NCBI GenBank assembly: GCA_002189035.1
Contig: NEEC01000004.1
Coordinates: 496,001 to 560,000, forward strand
Origin: Utricularia gibba
Taxonomy: Eukaryota; Plantae; Magnoliophyta
Direction: 5' to 3'
DNA length: 64,000 nt
Position 1 is the first letter of the stretch; each line of letters begins with the position of its first letter. Positions 1 to 14,513 of this stretch are shown piece by piece. A program made the position numbers and the translations under genes. The notes below the pieces were generated by a model, which saw nothing but the letters and a program-made list of their open reading frames with translations, searched no databases and was not told the origin of the DNA.

Positions 1-3000
1 CACGGTCCTCATGACAATTGCTGCAGCTCTAGCATCCAATCCCGATGTTGGCTCATCCATGAATACTATTGAGGGGTTGGCAACAAGTTCAACAGCAACG
101 GTAAGGCGTTTTCTTTGTTCTGTCGATAGTCCATCTACTCCCGGTAAACCTATCAAAGCATCTTTCAAAGGAGTGAGCTCTACAAGCTCCATCACCTCTT
201 CCACAAATTCCTGGAAATTATTGTGGATGTCTCATTCAGTGTCCAACAAGTAAATGCAAGATTGAAAATTAAAAGTACCTTCTGTGTTTGCAAGTTAATG
301 CTGGACGGTAACCGCAACCATGCAGAGAAAAGCAGTGACTCTTGCAATGTTAAGCAAGGAGAATGAATATCGTTCTGCTCACAGTAACCTGATATTCTGG
401 CGAAGGTCTCCTGCTTTTTAGGATAACCAGAGATACTGATGTTCCCTTCAATAACTCCTCCTGTCTTTCGACCAGCTAACACGTCCATAAGAGTAGTTTT
501 TCCAGCACCACTTACACCAACCAATGCAGTTAGCACTCCAGGTCTAAATGCTCCTGTGATGTTATTTAATAACCTCAACTTATCCTCGCATACACCTTGC
601 TGCTTCAACTCCTGAAAGATTCTTTCATAAGCACATGAAGGGATGTATGCGTAGGCACATGGAGTAGAGAAGTAAATGAGATTCACTTACCAGAGGTACA
701 TCCACATAATATCGGATGTTGCTGAAAGCCATAGAAAGTGGTTGAAAGGGAAGAGCCATGCCCTTTTTATTAGGATTAATTTCTGCATACCAAGCAAACT
801 AAGTTGAGTAACTCAAGCCAGCGATTCCAGCGGAACTGTTTCTGAATTGCTCAACATAGAAATCCGTACAGTAAAAGAAAAAAGAGCAGAACTCACTATT
901 AAATGAACGCGAGTGTAGAAAAAGGTCTCTCAGCTGAATTTGTTGTCCTTCTTGAGTCTTCTTATCAGATTCTTCATTAAGAAAAAACGCTTGACGTTTT
1001 CCCAAAGCTTAAGGAGCAAGATAGAACAAACATATTTTAGTTTCTGCATGTTAGTTTCAAAGTGAACTTCACCATGAAAGCAACTGAGCTGTAAGTAGAG
1101 CCTTACGGTTTAGTTTGGACAGAAAAAATGTGAAGAGGACATTGAACAAAATGGTGTAGCCAATCAACGCACCAATGCCAATCCAATACCAATAACTCTC
1201 TGGGAACAAACTGCGAGACTTCAACAATGCTTGCCCAGGGACAATGCTGGGTTGCCACCACTTGCCTACATTTAGTGAATTATGAGAACTAAAGCAGAAT
1301 CAAATAAGAAATACTACTTTGAACAAAGAGTCTAAAACAGTACGAATATTACACAAAATCCAATGCAACCCTTGAATGAATGGCAATTCTAATATCCAGT
1401 GCTCATTCACAAGCAGAGGCAAAAGAATACCTTATCCCACGAGTGACCAAGAAACTCATTGACTGTAGCAGCCTCTTGTGAGTACATTAGTGGAGAAATC
1501 CAAAATCCCCAAATCCACCAACTAGGAATCCTATCTGTTGACACTCAAAATATGGGGTATAAGGTGGCGAATTACAAACACAAAGTGGCTGATTGGATCC
1601 ATTTGCTACTTCATTTTACCTCTGGAAATAATGTAACCACCGAGTGCCATGACTATCAGCATCGCAAAAGACCCAAAAGTATTTGCCACAATCATGTTCC
1701 TTCCCAGAGATCCTATCAGACGAAACAGAGCTAGAGACATTTGATGCAGAAAAAAGAATAGCATGAATTGCCGGAGAAACCTGCAGGCAAAAATGCTAAT
1801 TTAGACTTGGCACAACTCGTATGTCAATAAAAATAAGAAAAAAAAAGATTCACCTGCTAAAATTGGGGTCATATCCCACCACATAGTAGGTTACTATCAC
1901 CCATATACCAGATTCTATAAATGAAGTTGGAACACTCAAAAGCCATGAAGGAAATGTATATGCCCAACTAGGGTAGAAATGCAAGTCTCTGTGCTTATAA
2001 AGAATTGGAAGTTTGGTAACCAGGAGGGAAACCTCTGTAAAGCCGTTGAAAAGAATAATAACCATGGAAAAATACAATACTCCCAAATAAAGACCACCAT
2101 CATTTATGGTGTCATGATGCAGCGTGGTGCGGCAAAAAACGGTCATCGTGATGATTGCAACCAGAAGCAGCTGAAAGGTACAAGATTAAAAAAACGTTTC
2201 AATATAGCAACGGGAAATTTTTTCTCCTCTCTAAAAAAAAAGACAAAATTGAGGATGGCGTTACCTGTATGAACTTAAATACATAAATAAAGAGATTCCG
2301 TTTCATAAGCAGCACTTGCCAGTCAAAGTTGGTCTTCAGAAGGTCAATTTTCCTGACACCATACTTGGAACATGATAGCGCATCCGGATGATAATAGTAC
2401 TTGTCAAATGGTATGTTCGGCCCAGCATACAACATCCTCGCAGTTTTGTATGAGTCAAATGACTCTGCAAACTCTACAACCGGTACAAACTGATAAGGGT
2501 GATTGGGTGAGGCCCAGTACTGCTCTTGGTCCTTCCTTGATACAACCTACAAGAAAAACTATAAAGCATATGTAAAATCCAGAGGAGGTACAAGAGCGAC
2601 TCTTTCTGGAACAAACCTCTTGAAGGAAGTCTGCGACATTCTTTCGCTCAGGACAAAAGAAGCCCACGTGGCCAAAAAACTCAAGAACATGTTCTCTAGG
2701 CCCCTGGTATACGATCCTGCCCTCGGACAAGAGGATTATATCATCAAATAATGCATAGGTCTCTGGTGCTGGCTGAAGCAGAGATATAATAGTTGTTCCG
2801 TCAAAAGCTCGAGTATAGTGCTTCAGATACTTGACAATCTGGAATGTTGTTGCGCTATCAAGACCAGTCGATATTTCATCCATGCATAGAACTCTTGATG
2901 GGCCCACTAATATTTCACCTGTTAAAGCATGTGATTTTGAGTTCGGTGAGGAAATCTCATGAGCTTTAATACTATCTCAAGTTTACTGTACCTGTAGTCA

Positions 3001-5250
3001 AACGCTTTTTCTGACCACCGGAGATTCCCTTAATCATTTCATCACCCACAAGGGTATCCGAACATAGGTCCAATCCTAAAATCTTTAGAAGTTATTTGTT
3101 AATACAAAGACAGTGAATGATAGGAAACCATATGCCTAGGATGCCAACAGTTTCCCGAGTGTTTCCACATTTGTAGAGGAAAAAATAGTTTTTGACAAGA
3201 GGGTGAAAAAAGAAAGACGGGTCACAAGTGGATGCACCTCATGTGACGTTAAAATTTTTTGCAGAAAGTACCTTCATAATGTACTCCACTAAGAGGCCTG
3301 CCTCTTTGACATCCAAGGACAGTGCCTGGGCGATGAGAGAAACAAAGTCCTTTTGAGAAGGCCATCAAAATGAAATCAAAGAGAACATTGGAAATAATAG
3401 CCAGTTAATGGTAAGTGCATGCTATAGGAAAGCGAAGAAAGAGTTGCCCTTTGAAAATACATATACCTTTATGAGTATATCAAGGTCTTCATCTACTTTT
3501 GTCCTGGAAATCTTCTCTCTTCTCAAAAGTTCCAGTAGCATGTCTGTGGCATGTTGAAAACCCAGCTGAGCCGCGAAATTGAAACCTCAGAAACTTAAAT
3601 TGGTCTTACCATACTTATATCCGGAGCCTTGACACCGTGCTGAAAAATCAAGTGTTTCCCTCACGGTCATCTCTCCAACATGCCAATCTTGTTGACTGAC
3701 ATAAGCGGACGTCCTTTGAGGTATAAAGTCGTTCATCCCATGTCCATTATAGGTTACCTTTCCTGATACCTTGAGAGAAGGACGTTTAAGAACACAGTTA
3801 TTTTTTTATTTAACTCGGACCGATTAGCTTGCATTGTACTGCCGGAAAACTCGGGACTTGATAAGAACCTTAAGATCATTCTTGAGACGACCAGCAAGAG
3901 CTAGAAGCAATGTCGTCTTCCCTGAGCCTGGAGGACCTAACAATAGAGTCATCCTGAAAACAAGCAGGATATAAGCTTCATGGAGATACTCGCATCGTGC
4001 AGACAGGCAAGAAGGAGAGGAAATAGGTACAGACCTTCCAGGTTGAATTTTCCCACTAACATCATTCAAAATTGTCAGCTTCTTTCTGTTACCAGAATGC
4101 AGTCTGAGTCCCCTTAGTAAATCCTTGCATAGGAAATCATGAAAAGACATGAACTTTTGAAAAAGTGCCAATGAACAAGTTCAAAAAAACCTTCATTGGA
4201 TGTACCTCAGTCATGTTGATGATGAAATTTGGAATTGTTGGCAAGGCTCTACGACCAACATGAACAAATGTTTCCACAGTCAGATGATCAAATCTAACTT
4301 CAACCTTTGGGAAGTCCAGGTCAGCACTGTAGCAAATGAATACCCAACACATCAATGTACATGCTTGTTGGCGAACAATCAATAATTGACGACACCTTTA
4401 CTCATTAAGATTGTTTGTGCATCATCCACTTCATATGATACTGAAGGTAATTCTCATTGATTTACTTACTCCCATATCAACTAGATCTAACTCTCTCATT
4501 GAAAAAAAAGGCTTGCATAATTTATTCTTATCTCAGTAAAATATAAAGCTTATATTTTTTATTGATTTTGCAAATGATTCTGAGAATTGGATTCATTAAC
4601 TCTAAATCCACCCTCTTAAAATGATCATAATCGATTTTAAATCCCTTCAAAACAGAGACAAACATCAAGATACAACAATTGATTTCAAAAGTTTCAAATT
4701 TTCTTACAGTTAAATAAAAAATGATAGTGAACTTATACATAACAGACGAATAGCAAAAGGCCAAAAGAGCCTGGTTGATCAACAAATTGCTTTTTTTTGA
4801 ATAAAAAAACAAACTGTTTTATTTGATTTTTTAGATGAATGAAAGTGAAATATATTAAGAATGACGTCAACACGACTTCTTTCTGAGAACGAGAAGAAAA
4901 CATTGGGAGCTCAAATTCGAGGTTTTTCTCTTGGGTGACGCCATTTTGTGTGAATCGGAAGAAATTAGGCCGTACCTCTGAAAGCGGCGGCGGAGGCGGC
5001 TGAAGAATTTCTCCCAGTCGCCGTCGAGCGAATCAATCAAGCGATCCAGAACAATCTTCCGTTGATCAGGCTGCATTCTCCTGACATCGATCTCCTTAGC
5101 ATCCCCGACCTGGTCAAGAAAGATCCCCTGCTGCACGCGGCGGTAGGTCGGGAGCCGGTGCAGCGCCGCCCACCGTAACGCCTCTTCGTCGTCCCCATCT
5201 TCCCTGAACGACTCCGACCTAACGGACACACTCTCGGCGGAATTCCACAT
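1..5250 (-). CDS. ABCG32: Full-size ABCG (PDR) transporter, ABCG32/PEC1-like; 3' part lies outside the window
   Basis: Spliced GT-AG exons from ATG 5250 ([36 protein letters not shown]). NBD1 has GPPGSGKTT and [10 protein letters not shown]; NBD2 has [19 protein letters not shown] and [20 protein letters not shown] at the edge. The N-terminus matches the ABCG32 clade as recalled. Probable 1-nt deletion at 1234-1236. Confidence 0.88.
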
Positions 5251-6137
5251 CGAACGTATCGACGAACCACGGCACCGCACCCTTTGTAAGTGAAACGTGA
5301 AAAATACGGCTGGAGTCAGACGAATGCTGGCATTGTTAGTTGGAATTCATCAATGCCGCCCAATAAACAAACAACAGAGCATCCATTGAAAGCCCACACC
5401 TCGCTGAATCAGTGGACATTGATGGTAGCATGGAGTTAGTGAGAGAAGTGGTGGGAGTTCGAAGGTCTCGCCCTCATGGGCATGTGTTGGTGGGGTTTCT
5501 TAAATGGAGCAGCGACATCTGTTGTAGCCACGGCCAGAGTGGTGCACGATTTCTATATCCAGCACCAGGCAGCAGCCGAATCATGGGATTAGCGTGAGTA
5601 GGTGGGCGTGGTCTTGGGCCGATGAAGCAATTAATGGAGGTGTTAAAGAGCATTAATGGCGCGCCACATGATACAGGAAGTAGGTGACGCTGCCATTGCG
5701 ACCATCTTCCTCGCTGTTGCTTCTCACGCGCCTCCAGGCGACGGTGGTTGTGTGCATGTACTTTGATAATAATTTTACAAAATACACGTTGTTTTGTAAA
5801 CTCTTTACAAAATACATGTAATTTGAAAATTAAAAATATTTTAAAATATATGTGTTTTTATGAAAAATTATAAAAAATATACGTATTGTAGCATGTTATA
5901 ATAATTTTTATATAATTATACTATGTGAAAATATATGTAATCTTTAATTTTTTATCTATTATATACATAAATATGAAATTAATATCAATATACTTAATTT
6001 CATTAAAAAACCATTTGCAAAAAGTACAGGTATAGAGCCAATTAACTCCGCGCCTCCCTCCCAGTTTCCTGACACCGGTACCCCACCGCCACGACCAGGA
6101 GGGGCACTTTTCTTTAATTATCATTATCGAAATTATT

Positions 6138-6266
6138 TCCATCCACCCGTCCAGACATAATATTTTATTTAATATGAATTTACGCTTAAAAAATAATATT
6201 ATTTCTACAGTCAAATTGCCGTACGTTTTATATTACTTTAATAAATAAAATATGGGACGAGGTAGT
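6138..6266. mobile_element. Possible highly degenerate Stowaway-like MITE remnant
   Basis: Right end AAAATATGGGACGAGGTAGT resembles the Stowaway terminus. Left end CGTCCAGACATAATATTTTATTTA is an imperfect inverted copy. AT-rich interior; no clean TA TSD. Confidence 0.25.
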
Positions 6267-6572
6267 TGTTAGTCTGATAATTGCCATTTCATTCGCATCA
6301 ATGTTTGGAACCAGATGCGCTTCTGGCAATAAAGAAGTGGATGAAATACTTATTATGTAGTAATATCTTCGAAATAAATAATGAGAACACCCCATTTTCA
6401 CAATTTATTATTATTGAGGCATTTTATATTCATTTTAAATTGGAAAAATATGATTTATATTTTCACGTGTACGGCTGACACCTGATCCACCCGTCACCCG
6501 TGCATCTGTGCCGCAACTTAACAGCATTCATGAACGAGGAAATGGATTAAGGAATCGGCGACGCAAGAGGCA

Positions 6573-8232
6573 TTACTTGTTGGTGTGTTTGGGGCGCCAG
6601 AGAGTCCTGCCCTTGACTATTTCGCCGCCGCCGCCCTGCAGTCGCAAGAGGTGCTGGCATTCGAGGCTGGAGCCGCCGCCGGGGCCGTCCTCGTTGACGA
6701 TGGAGGTGAGTGACTCGACCGTGCTGTCCCTTTTGCACTCTCTTCTGTATTCCAGTGTGATGGCAGCAAGCTCGTGCTTCTCCAGGACCGATAACGGAGC
6801 ACTCTGTACCACAAACGGAAACCGAACACCACTGTGAGAACCAGGATAGACTGATTCGTTGCCGCAAATGAAAAGATACAAGGTGATAAAGGGACTTCAC
6901 GAAGCAGACGCCTACCTCAAGAATCCAGCCAATGTATTTTACATTATTCACATGTTGGTTGAGATCCAGATCGTTCCATCGGGGCTGCAAGCGATAGGAT
7001 CATGTAAATGAAGCGTGACGTACAAAGAGATCAAAGAAGAAACAGGCGGTTCACTCACAGTTAAACCACTGTGGATGTAGTCTGCGGTGTCATCAAGCTT
7101 GGGAAGTTTCCTATCGTCATCATCGACTAAGGTGGGGAATCAACAAAATAGCAACCAATTTCTTTCCGAACTTCATCAGGGATCTTGGATAACCTTCTTG
7201 TTTCTTTATTCATCATCACCCAGACACTGATATTACTCCAATAAAAAGGGGAAAAAATGGCGGAGAATATGAGGAAAGGAAAAGCTATGTCAAGTTGAGC
7301 TTAAACAGCTAAAACTGTTAGAACCTTGTAGCTCTAAGCAATATGTCGCCTGTACTGCTGTCCTGCATGAGCCAGTCACGACGCATACCATTTTTTCCGG
7401 ATGCAGCAACCCAGGTATCTAACTGAACAACATCACCCCTTCAAACATGCAAAAGGTCATAAACCAGAGAAAAGCACAGTCTCTATTCTTACAATGAAAA
7501 TTCAAATTTACCATTGGGGGTAACGATCAACAAGAACCTGCATCTTAGACACAACCCAAATCAAATTCCTTTTGCACATCTCAGGGGTTGAGCCAAAGCC
7601 ATTGGCAAGAAGTCCAGCGGACCTTACATGGTTTATAGCAGTTTCCTATTGCAGTACAGATTATGTACACTACGTGAGGCCAACACTTTCATAATCCATT
7701 AACGTCGAAGAAAAGGAAAAAGAACAACGGTAGCCTATACCTGTAAATGATTCATCAACGTTTCTATGGAGGCAGTCCGATCAGCCCCTATTTCATAAGA
7801 CCGAATACTGAAATTCTGGCGAAACACAAAACCATCTTCCACAATCCTCCCAAAACCAAAAGGATCCACAAGCATATCAGCCCGTTTTGGTTTCGAATCA
7901 AGCATCATCCACTGTTTCTCTGCAGCTAAAAAAATGGTCGTAATTGTAGCAAGGAGCATGCTCCAATCTGGCAGCAGATTGATGAACGTCCTTGGAGCAC
8001 GAAGAGCATTCACCTCATCATCAGTATTTGGACCAACCTTAGCCCCATTAATCTTGGAAGGCACTTGTGCATTTGTTTTAACCCGTAGTTTCCCCGAAGA
8101 TGTTGAATGTGACTTAGTCCTAACTCCACAAAGAGCAATACTCGATGTCAAGCTAGTACTGATCTTTCCAGAAGTATCGGAAGATTGAGAAGGCAATGAA
8201 ACAAATGCAGAAGCCGCGGTTGTAGCCACCAT
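6573..8232 (-). CDS. FATB: Acyl-ACP thioesterase, FatB class (plastid-targeted), 6 coding exons
   Basis: MVATTAASAF transit peptide, LPDWSMLLATITTIFLAAEKQW, FRQNFSIRSYEIGADRTASIETLMNHLQ, catalytic-region DLDLNQHVNNVKYIGWILE, LEYRRECKRD and CQHLLRL...GRTLWRPK. Splice sites give an intact frame. Confidence 0.95.
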
Positions 8233-9374
8233 TTCTTCCTCTCAATCACAGAACCGCACTCTGTAACTATCTATACAGGGAAAGAAAAGACCAAGAAAGC
8301 AAAGCAATTTAGAGAATAATGAGCTTAGCATGTGGACCATTACACTAATCATTTCTACATGTTCCATGCATTATCGACTACAAGATGGTCCCAAGGTGTC
8401 CACCAAACTACGAAAACGGAATATGGACGAAGGGTCAAGGACTAAAGAGCCATTAAAATATATAGACAACAGAGAAAGTTGTGATAAGGAAATTAATTGG
8501 AAACCTAACAAAGCGCCTTATAAAGGAGGAACAAAACGAAAACCACAAATGCACAATACACAGATCTGGGAATCCAATCCCCAAAACACATGACATTCAA
8601 ACAAAGACTTCTAGGGAAGCAAGACAACATTTAAATCTAGAAACACAAATTCTCGAAGATAAGCATAAATAGGCAAACAAAACAAGGGTCTAGAAATCGT
8701 AATGCAAAACTGCACATACTCTTATGAATAAGGTGAATTCTAGCCAGAATTCATAAAAATCAATGTGATCAAGAACAGAAATACATCCGCATTGCCAGCG
8801 TAAAGCCTAGAGATTTGGGACTTTCTCGAAATGGGTATCTGTGGCAATGATCCCGTCTGTTCTTTAAACGCAACGGGAAACGACTAGAAGTTCTGTATAC
8901 ATCACTTTCGTTCGGCCTCAAACCTCTCCTTATCAGAACGGTGCTTCTATTGATGTCCCCATGCCCGCACCCTCCCCCCCCTCCCAATTTAATCGCCGCC
9001 GAATTAGGGAAAGTTTCCCACTTTCCTATCACCCTTATCACTAACAAACGCTTGACGACCATACGTTCGTGTAAAAAGGCACAACTTTGAACGGCGACCG
9101 AGCTAGAAAATCAGGCAAGTTTTAAGTTGCAGTACACCTAAATTGGACAGCTCTTCAACTTCGATTTTACGCCAGCTGCCATTGCTTCCTCAGTACTCAC
9201 ATGAAGGATTTTTGTGCATCTCGGATGCACGAAGTGGGCTGGGCCGGTAATCTGAGCATTCTCGGTTTCATGAGCCTAGGCGAAGGGATTGCTTTAACGG
9301 ATATACCGTGTCCGCGGGTTGAAAACCGTTTGACCGTTAAAGATTGGTCGTGAAATACCGGCAGTACGCAGAAA

Positions 9375-11800
9375 ATGGGGAGCTGCTACCCATGTTGCCT
9401 ACCGCATTCCTCCGTACCACTGCCGTCTTTTTTTGCGCCTCGTCGGATTCGACGGGTGAATCTGTCGTTTCACCTTATTTTGCGGCGTGCTTCGTCTTTG
9501 ACCTCAGATCACGCCCTCGCAGCCGACTTCTCGTGGGACGACGTCCTCAATTTCTCGGCCACACGGCAACAAGACTCTACTGGCCTCAATGGATTTTTTG
9601 AAAAAGCGATGTTGTGCAATCGTAATGTGGTAACTTGCCTACATGCACTAGGAAGATTGCTTTTTTTTTTGAGACACCTTAATAAACTTTCCAATATTAC
9701 ATGACAACGAGCTCGAAAGGATCTTTTGAACCTTTTTAAAATGATTTCAGGATAAACTTTCTGAGTTCATCCCTTTTGTAGTTGAAGGATTGAACGTTGG
9801 CTTCGTTCACAACAGGTAGCTGCGTTTGTTCTTTTCATATGCTTTTCGAATTGTTTGTTGAACGGATATTTCGCAGTGTACGCTGTACTCAAATGGTATC
9901 CCATAATCAGATTCGCTAACTATCTGAGGGAATACAAAGACGTGTTTTCCTTCCCAAATGGTACCTCGAATTTTGGGTACCACTTAACCTTTCATCCGGG
10001 GCTGAGTACACCCGCAGACAGAACTGAAGCTCTTGCAAAAGTTGTCAAGAGCTTAGGTGAAGAATACATTCCAGGGATTAGGAATGAGGTGAATACAGGC
10101 TTGATATCTTTTTCATTGCTCTCATATATTCTTCAACTGAATTTTCTTTGATTAATCTTCATCTAACAAGGCATTTCTTAATATTTGTAGCTCTATCCAG
10201 TCGTATCTTCTTTTGGAGCACCAGAATATCTTGCACTGGAACGAGCAGCAGCACCCTATTTTGGAATTAAGGTGACTTTTAATAAGAGAATGTGAAGTCG
10301 TTTGAATTTTTCCATGTAGTCATTTCAAGTTTTTTTAAATAGCAGGAATTTTTTATTTCTCTGGTTGATACGAACCTGTCACAATTTCATTTGATCAAAT
10401 AAATTATTTGACAGAAGGGTGCATTTGCAAGGCCTGATTTCATTTTCTCCGTTTATTGAATATCTTCAGAAATTTTGTTATTTCATTTTCATGGAATATG
10501 TTGACATTTGTAACTGTGCATTTTGATCAAGTGTTCACCTTTTGTGACAAGATAGAAACTTGCATCTCACGGTCATATTGTTGACATCTTTTAGCCTTGA
10601 TCTCTAATGAAATGCTATCCGTTAGGCTTATGGAGTTCACATGAATGGTTATGTTGAAAGAGGCGGGCAGAAGCATCTTTGGGTTGGGAAGAGAAGTAAA
10701 CTGAAACAAACCTATCCTGGGAAACTGGACCATCTAGTGGCTGGAGGGCTGGTACTTTTTACTCCTCGCCATTTGTTTTACATTTGCATCTTGTGTAACA
10801 TCTGTTAATTTCATTTCAAATATTTCTTACAGCATGCTTCTGTGATTCTTTATTCATGGTCCAGAAATTGATCCAGTCCTCTTTTATTAAGGTGGTGTTT
10901 GCTGACACATTCCAAAAGCTTCTAAAAACATTCTAAATTCGCCCATCTCTTCTAATTTTGAAATATTTTGTAACTAAAAATACGTTCTAAATTTAGAATT
11001 GAATTAGAGTGCACGCAAACAATATATGAGATGAAATGTTAGAATATTTACCTGTGACGTGCTGATAATATCTTTACCCTTATTTTCATGCATTTTACTC
11101 TTTGTGCAGCCTCATGGGATTTCCTGTAGTGATAATCTTGTAAAGGAATGTGAAGAGGAAGCTGGGATCCCCTCTCGATATCCAGCAAGTAATTTTCTTT
11201 GGCTCTTTCATAGTAATCTCGTTGAAAAGAGTGCTTCCGTGAGTTAACTTCTTTGTTACTCTTTACTTGATTTGGATACATGTGTCATTTCAGGGCAATA
11301 GCAGTTGGTGCAATATCTTACCTGGATATTGAGGGTTACAGAATGAAGAGGGATGTTCTTTTCTGTTATGATTTAAAGCTTCCTGAAGACTTCGTCCCCG
11401 TGAATGAGGGTAAGCATTTAACCTTTCTGCTAATAGCCACAGAGGATTATCATGCTATACAGTTAGTTTTGTTGTTGTCAGATGGAGAGGTGGAAAGCTT
11501 CATGCTCATCCCTGTTGCTCAAGTTGCGAGTATCATAAGGGACACAAATTATTTCAAGCCCAACTGCAGTGTTGTCATTATCGATTTCCTCTTTCGTCAT
11601 GGGTATTATATATTTCTCTAGTGTTGCTGCATCATGCCTTCACCTACTACCTCAGGGAACAAATAATCATAGGTTTATCACAGTTCCCTAGCAAATATGC
11701 TCCCATATTTATACAGTTTCGTCCTTACAGGCACATTAAACCTGAAGAATCGGGTTACCTGAAGCTTCTGCAGAGTCTTAGAAGTGGAGAATGCACATAA
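9375..11800 (+). CDS. NUDT20: Nudix hydrolase, NUDT20/NUDT24-like (plastid), multi-exon
   Basis: Transit-like N-terminus, [11 protein letters not shown]|[26 protein letters not shown], Nudix-box region [26 protein letters not shown] and DGEVESF. Stop TAA at 11798-11800. One -1 frameshift at CCCC 11169-11172. Confidence 0.9.
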
Positions 11801-12966
11801 ACATTTCAGCCCGCTTTCTTAACCCTGAGTCGAGTATTTGTCATACCAAAGCTGGTCTACACTAGATTTTCGCATGATTGTTCATGATTCCAAATGCAAT
11901 ACATTCTTTTGTTAGGCTTGGTCTCCTAGAATTCCTGAATTGCAAAAACTGCAAAGATTGTGACTCAAACGATCTACAGTTTCCACATGGATGGCATTTT
12001 TTTTCTTGTATCGTCAGCCTTCCGTCCATTCTATTTCACAGGGCTAAAATCCAGTTACAGATGTTACTATTCTACACCAAGGCTGCCTTCATCCAGAGCT
12101 TGCCTTTTCATTGTCTTTTCCAGCTCATTTCTTGGTAAATATCCTTTTCACTCATTAAGTTTTCAAAGAAGCTTCAATCTGAAGTATTGCTAGAATGAAA
12201 AGATTACACTCAGTTTGCACCATGGGATATACCCGCAGCTTCACCTTTTTAGTTTTTGGTATAATTTCCTTTGTCAAGACAAAGACGCTAACGTTTGCTT
12301 TCCCATTTGTCCTTTTCATTCTGTGGCTGAATATCCAGGTTTGTATTATCAGATAAAAAGAGGTGGGGTTGCTGCTTCACTTTGTAAGGAGGAAAATGAA
12401 CTGGTTTGTATCATTGACTGTATCAACAACAATTTCCCTGTGGGAATTATGCGATGGACATTGGACACCCACTCTGGTCCTGATTCTAATGGAATATTTA
12501 AAGCTAAACTGGTAGTGCTCTGGCCCGCTTCTTCACCTTTTCTTTTTTCAACTTTCATAATGCATGCATGTTATGAGCTTCTTTTTTTTTACCGTAGAGT
12601 AAGGAAATAGCAAACAACTGGTTCAACCAGTAAACAAACCGGTGGATGGCGGCCGGCTGAATTGGTACCACAAAACTACTGATTGAAACAGCCCCAGGGT
12701 TTGAACAAGAGCCGCGTACCTCTCCTGTTGATGTCATGTTGGATTAGCCTGTCAACCACTTCATCCTTCCAAGATGCATGAGTTACAGCCCCAGTGTGGT
12801 GGGGTTTCTTTTTCTTTTTCTTTTTTTTTTGTGTGAGAAGGAAACGATGGAGTGCCACGCGTCCAAGGAGGCGAGCCCTGGTCTACTCTTTTATAATGAG
12901 AGCATACCATGTTCGATTGCTTCCTCGTGGAGAGCACTTGCACTGAGCTTGTGGTTTGATTTGTTC

Positions 12967-14513
12967 ATGGAGTCCACCCTGAAGAGACGATGGTGGCCTC
13001 GCCTCAATAGCTATGCACTGGCCTGCGCACTGTTGGCATCTGCGAATTCGATTCTTCTTGGTTATGGTATTGTCGCTGGTTACGCTTTTCGTGGAGTGTT
13101 GTTGTTTTTGTTGGGTTTCGTTTGATTTCGTTGATGGGGTTCGCAGATATCGGTGTCATGAGTGGGGCGGTGCTGTTCATCAAGGAAAACCTGAAGATTT
13201 CGTCGGTGCAAGAGGAGATCTTGGTGGGTTCTTTGAATGCTGTGTCATTGATCGGTTCTTTGGCGTCGGGGAAGACGTCCGATTGGATTGGACGGAGATA
13301 CACCATTGTTTTGGCTGCCGCGACTTTTCTCGTGGGTGCGTTGCTCATGGGAATGGCGCCGTCTTACCCGTTTCTTATCACGGGGAGAGTCATTGCCGGC
13401 GTTGGTGTTGGGTATTCTCTCATGATTGCGCCGGTCTATACGGCTGAGGTTTCCCCGGCCGCCGCGAGGGGATTTCTGACCTCACTGCCGGAGGTGTTCA
13501 TCAATGTGGGGATTTTAATGGGTTACATTTCTAACTACGCGCTTTCGGGTCTACCCTCCCGGATAAACTGGCGATTGATGCTCGGATTAGCCGCAGTCCC
13601 TGCGGTGGGGATCGGCTGTGGGGTGTTGGCGATGCCGGAATCTCCGCGTTGGTTGATAATGAAGGGCCGCACGGAGGAGGCCAAAAAGGTTCTCGGACGG
13701 ATTTCCGAGAGCCGCGAGGAGGCGGAAATGCGGCTGGAGGAAATCACTTGCGCCGCCGCGGAAAACTCACCCTCGGGCGAGTGGAGAGGCCAAGGAGTCT
13801 GGAAAGAGCTCCTCTTCCCCTCTCCGCCTCTGCGCCGCATCCTCATCGCCGCAATCGGAATCAATTTCTTCATGCAGGCATCTGGAAACGACGCGGTGGT
13901 TTACTACACTCCGTCAGTGTTCAAATCCGCCGGCATACGCAGCCGCCGCGGCCTCGTCGGAGTGACGGTTATCATGGGCGTTGTCAAAACATCCTTCGTC
14001 CTGGTTTCGGCCCTTTTCTTGGATCACTACGGAAGAAGGCCGTTACTGCTACTGGGTTCAATGGGTATGGCGGTTTCACTAGCTGGACTGGGCCTCGGGT
14101 CCAAATATCTCGAACATCGGGCCCATAAACCGACTTGGGCCATAGCTTTATGCGTTGTGGCCGTCTGCGCCGATGTGTCTTTCTTCTCAATTGGGCTTGG
14201 CCCCATAACGTGGGTATACTCATCGGAGGTATTCCCGCTGAGACTGAGAGCCCAGGGGACTAGTCTGGCGGTATCTGTGAACCGGTTGGTTTCTGGTGCA
14301 GTATCGATGTCATTTTTAAGCATCTCCGGTAAGATTGGCTTCGGGGGGATGTTCCTAGTCCTCGCCGGCGTTATGGTGGTCGCAAGCGTCTTCTTTTACA
14401 TCTTCTTGCCGGAGACGAAAGGGAAGAGTTTGGAGGAGATGTGGGGGGTGTTCGAGGAGGAGAAAGTGGAGGGGGAGGAGGTGATTGAGGAGAAGGAAAT
14501 GACTGCCAAGTGA
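12967..14513 (+). CDS. Polyol/monosaccharide transporter (PMT/PLT, MFS sugar porter), 2 exons
   Basis: Exon 1 12967-13066 (MESTLKRRWWPRLNSYALACALLASANSILLGY), intron 13067-13146, then D-IGVMSGAVLFI, DWIGRRYTIVLAA, PESPRWL, FFMQASGNDAVVYY, DHYGRRPLLL and PETKGKSLEEM. Confidence 0.95.

Noticed and set aside
12215-12943. Overlapping short ORFs and small palindromes between NUDT and the polyol transporter
   Set aside because: No known motif, snoRNA box pair or miRNA match could be supported. Treated as UTR/promoter.
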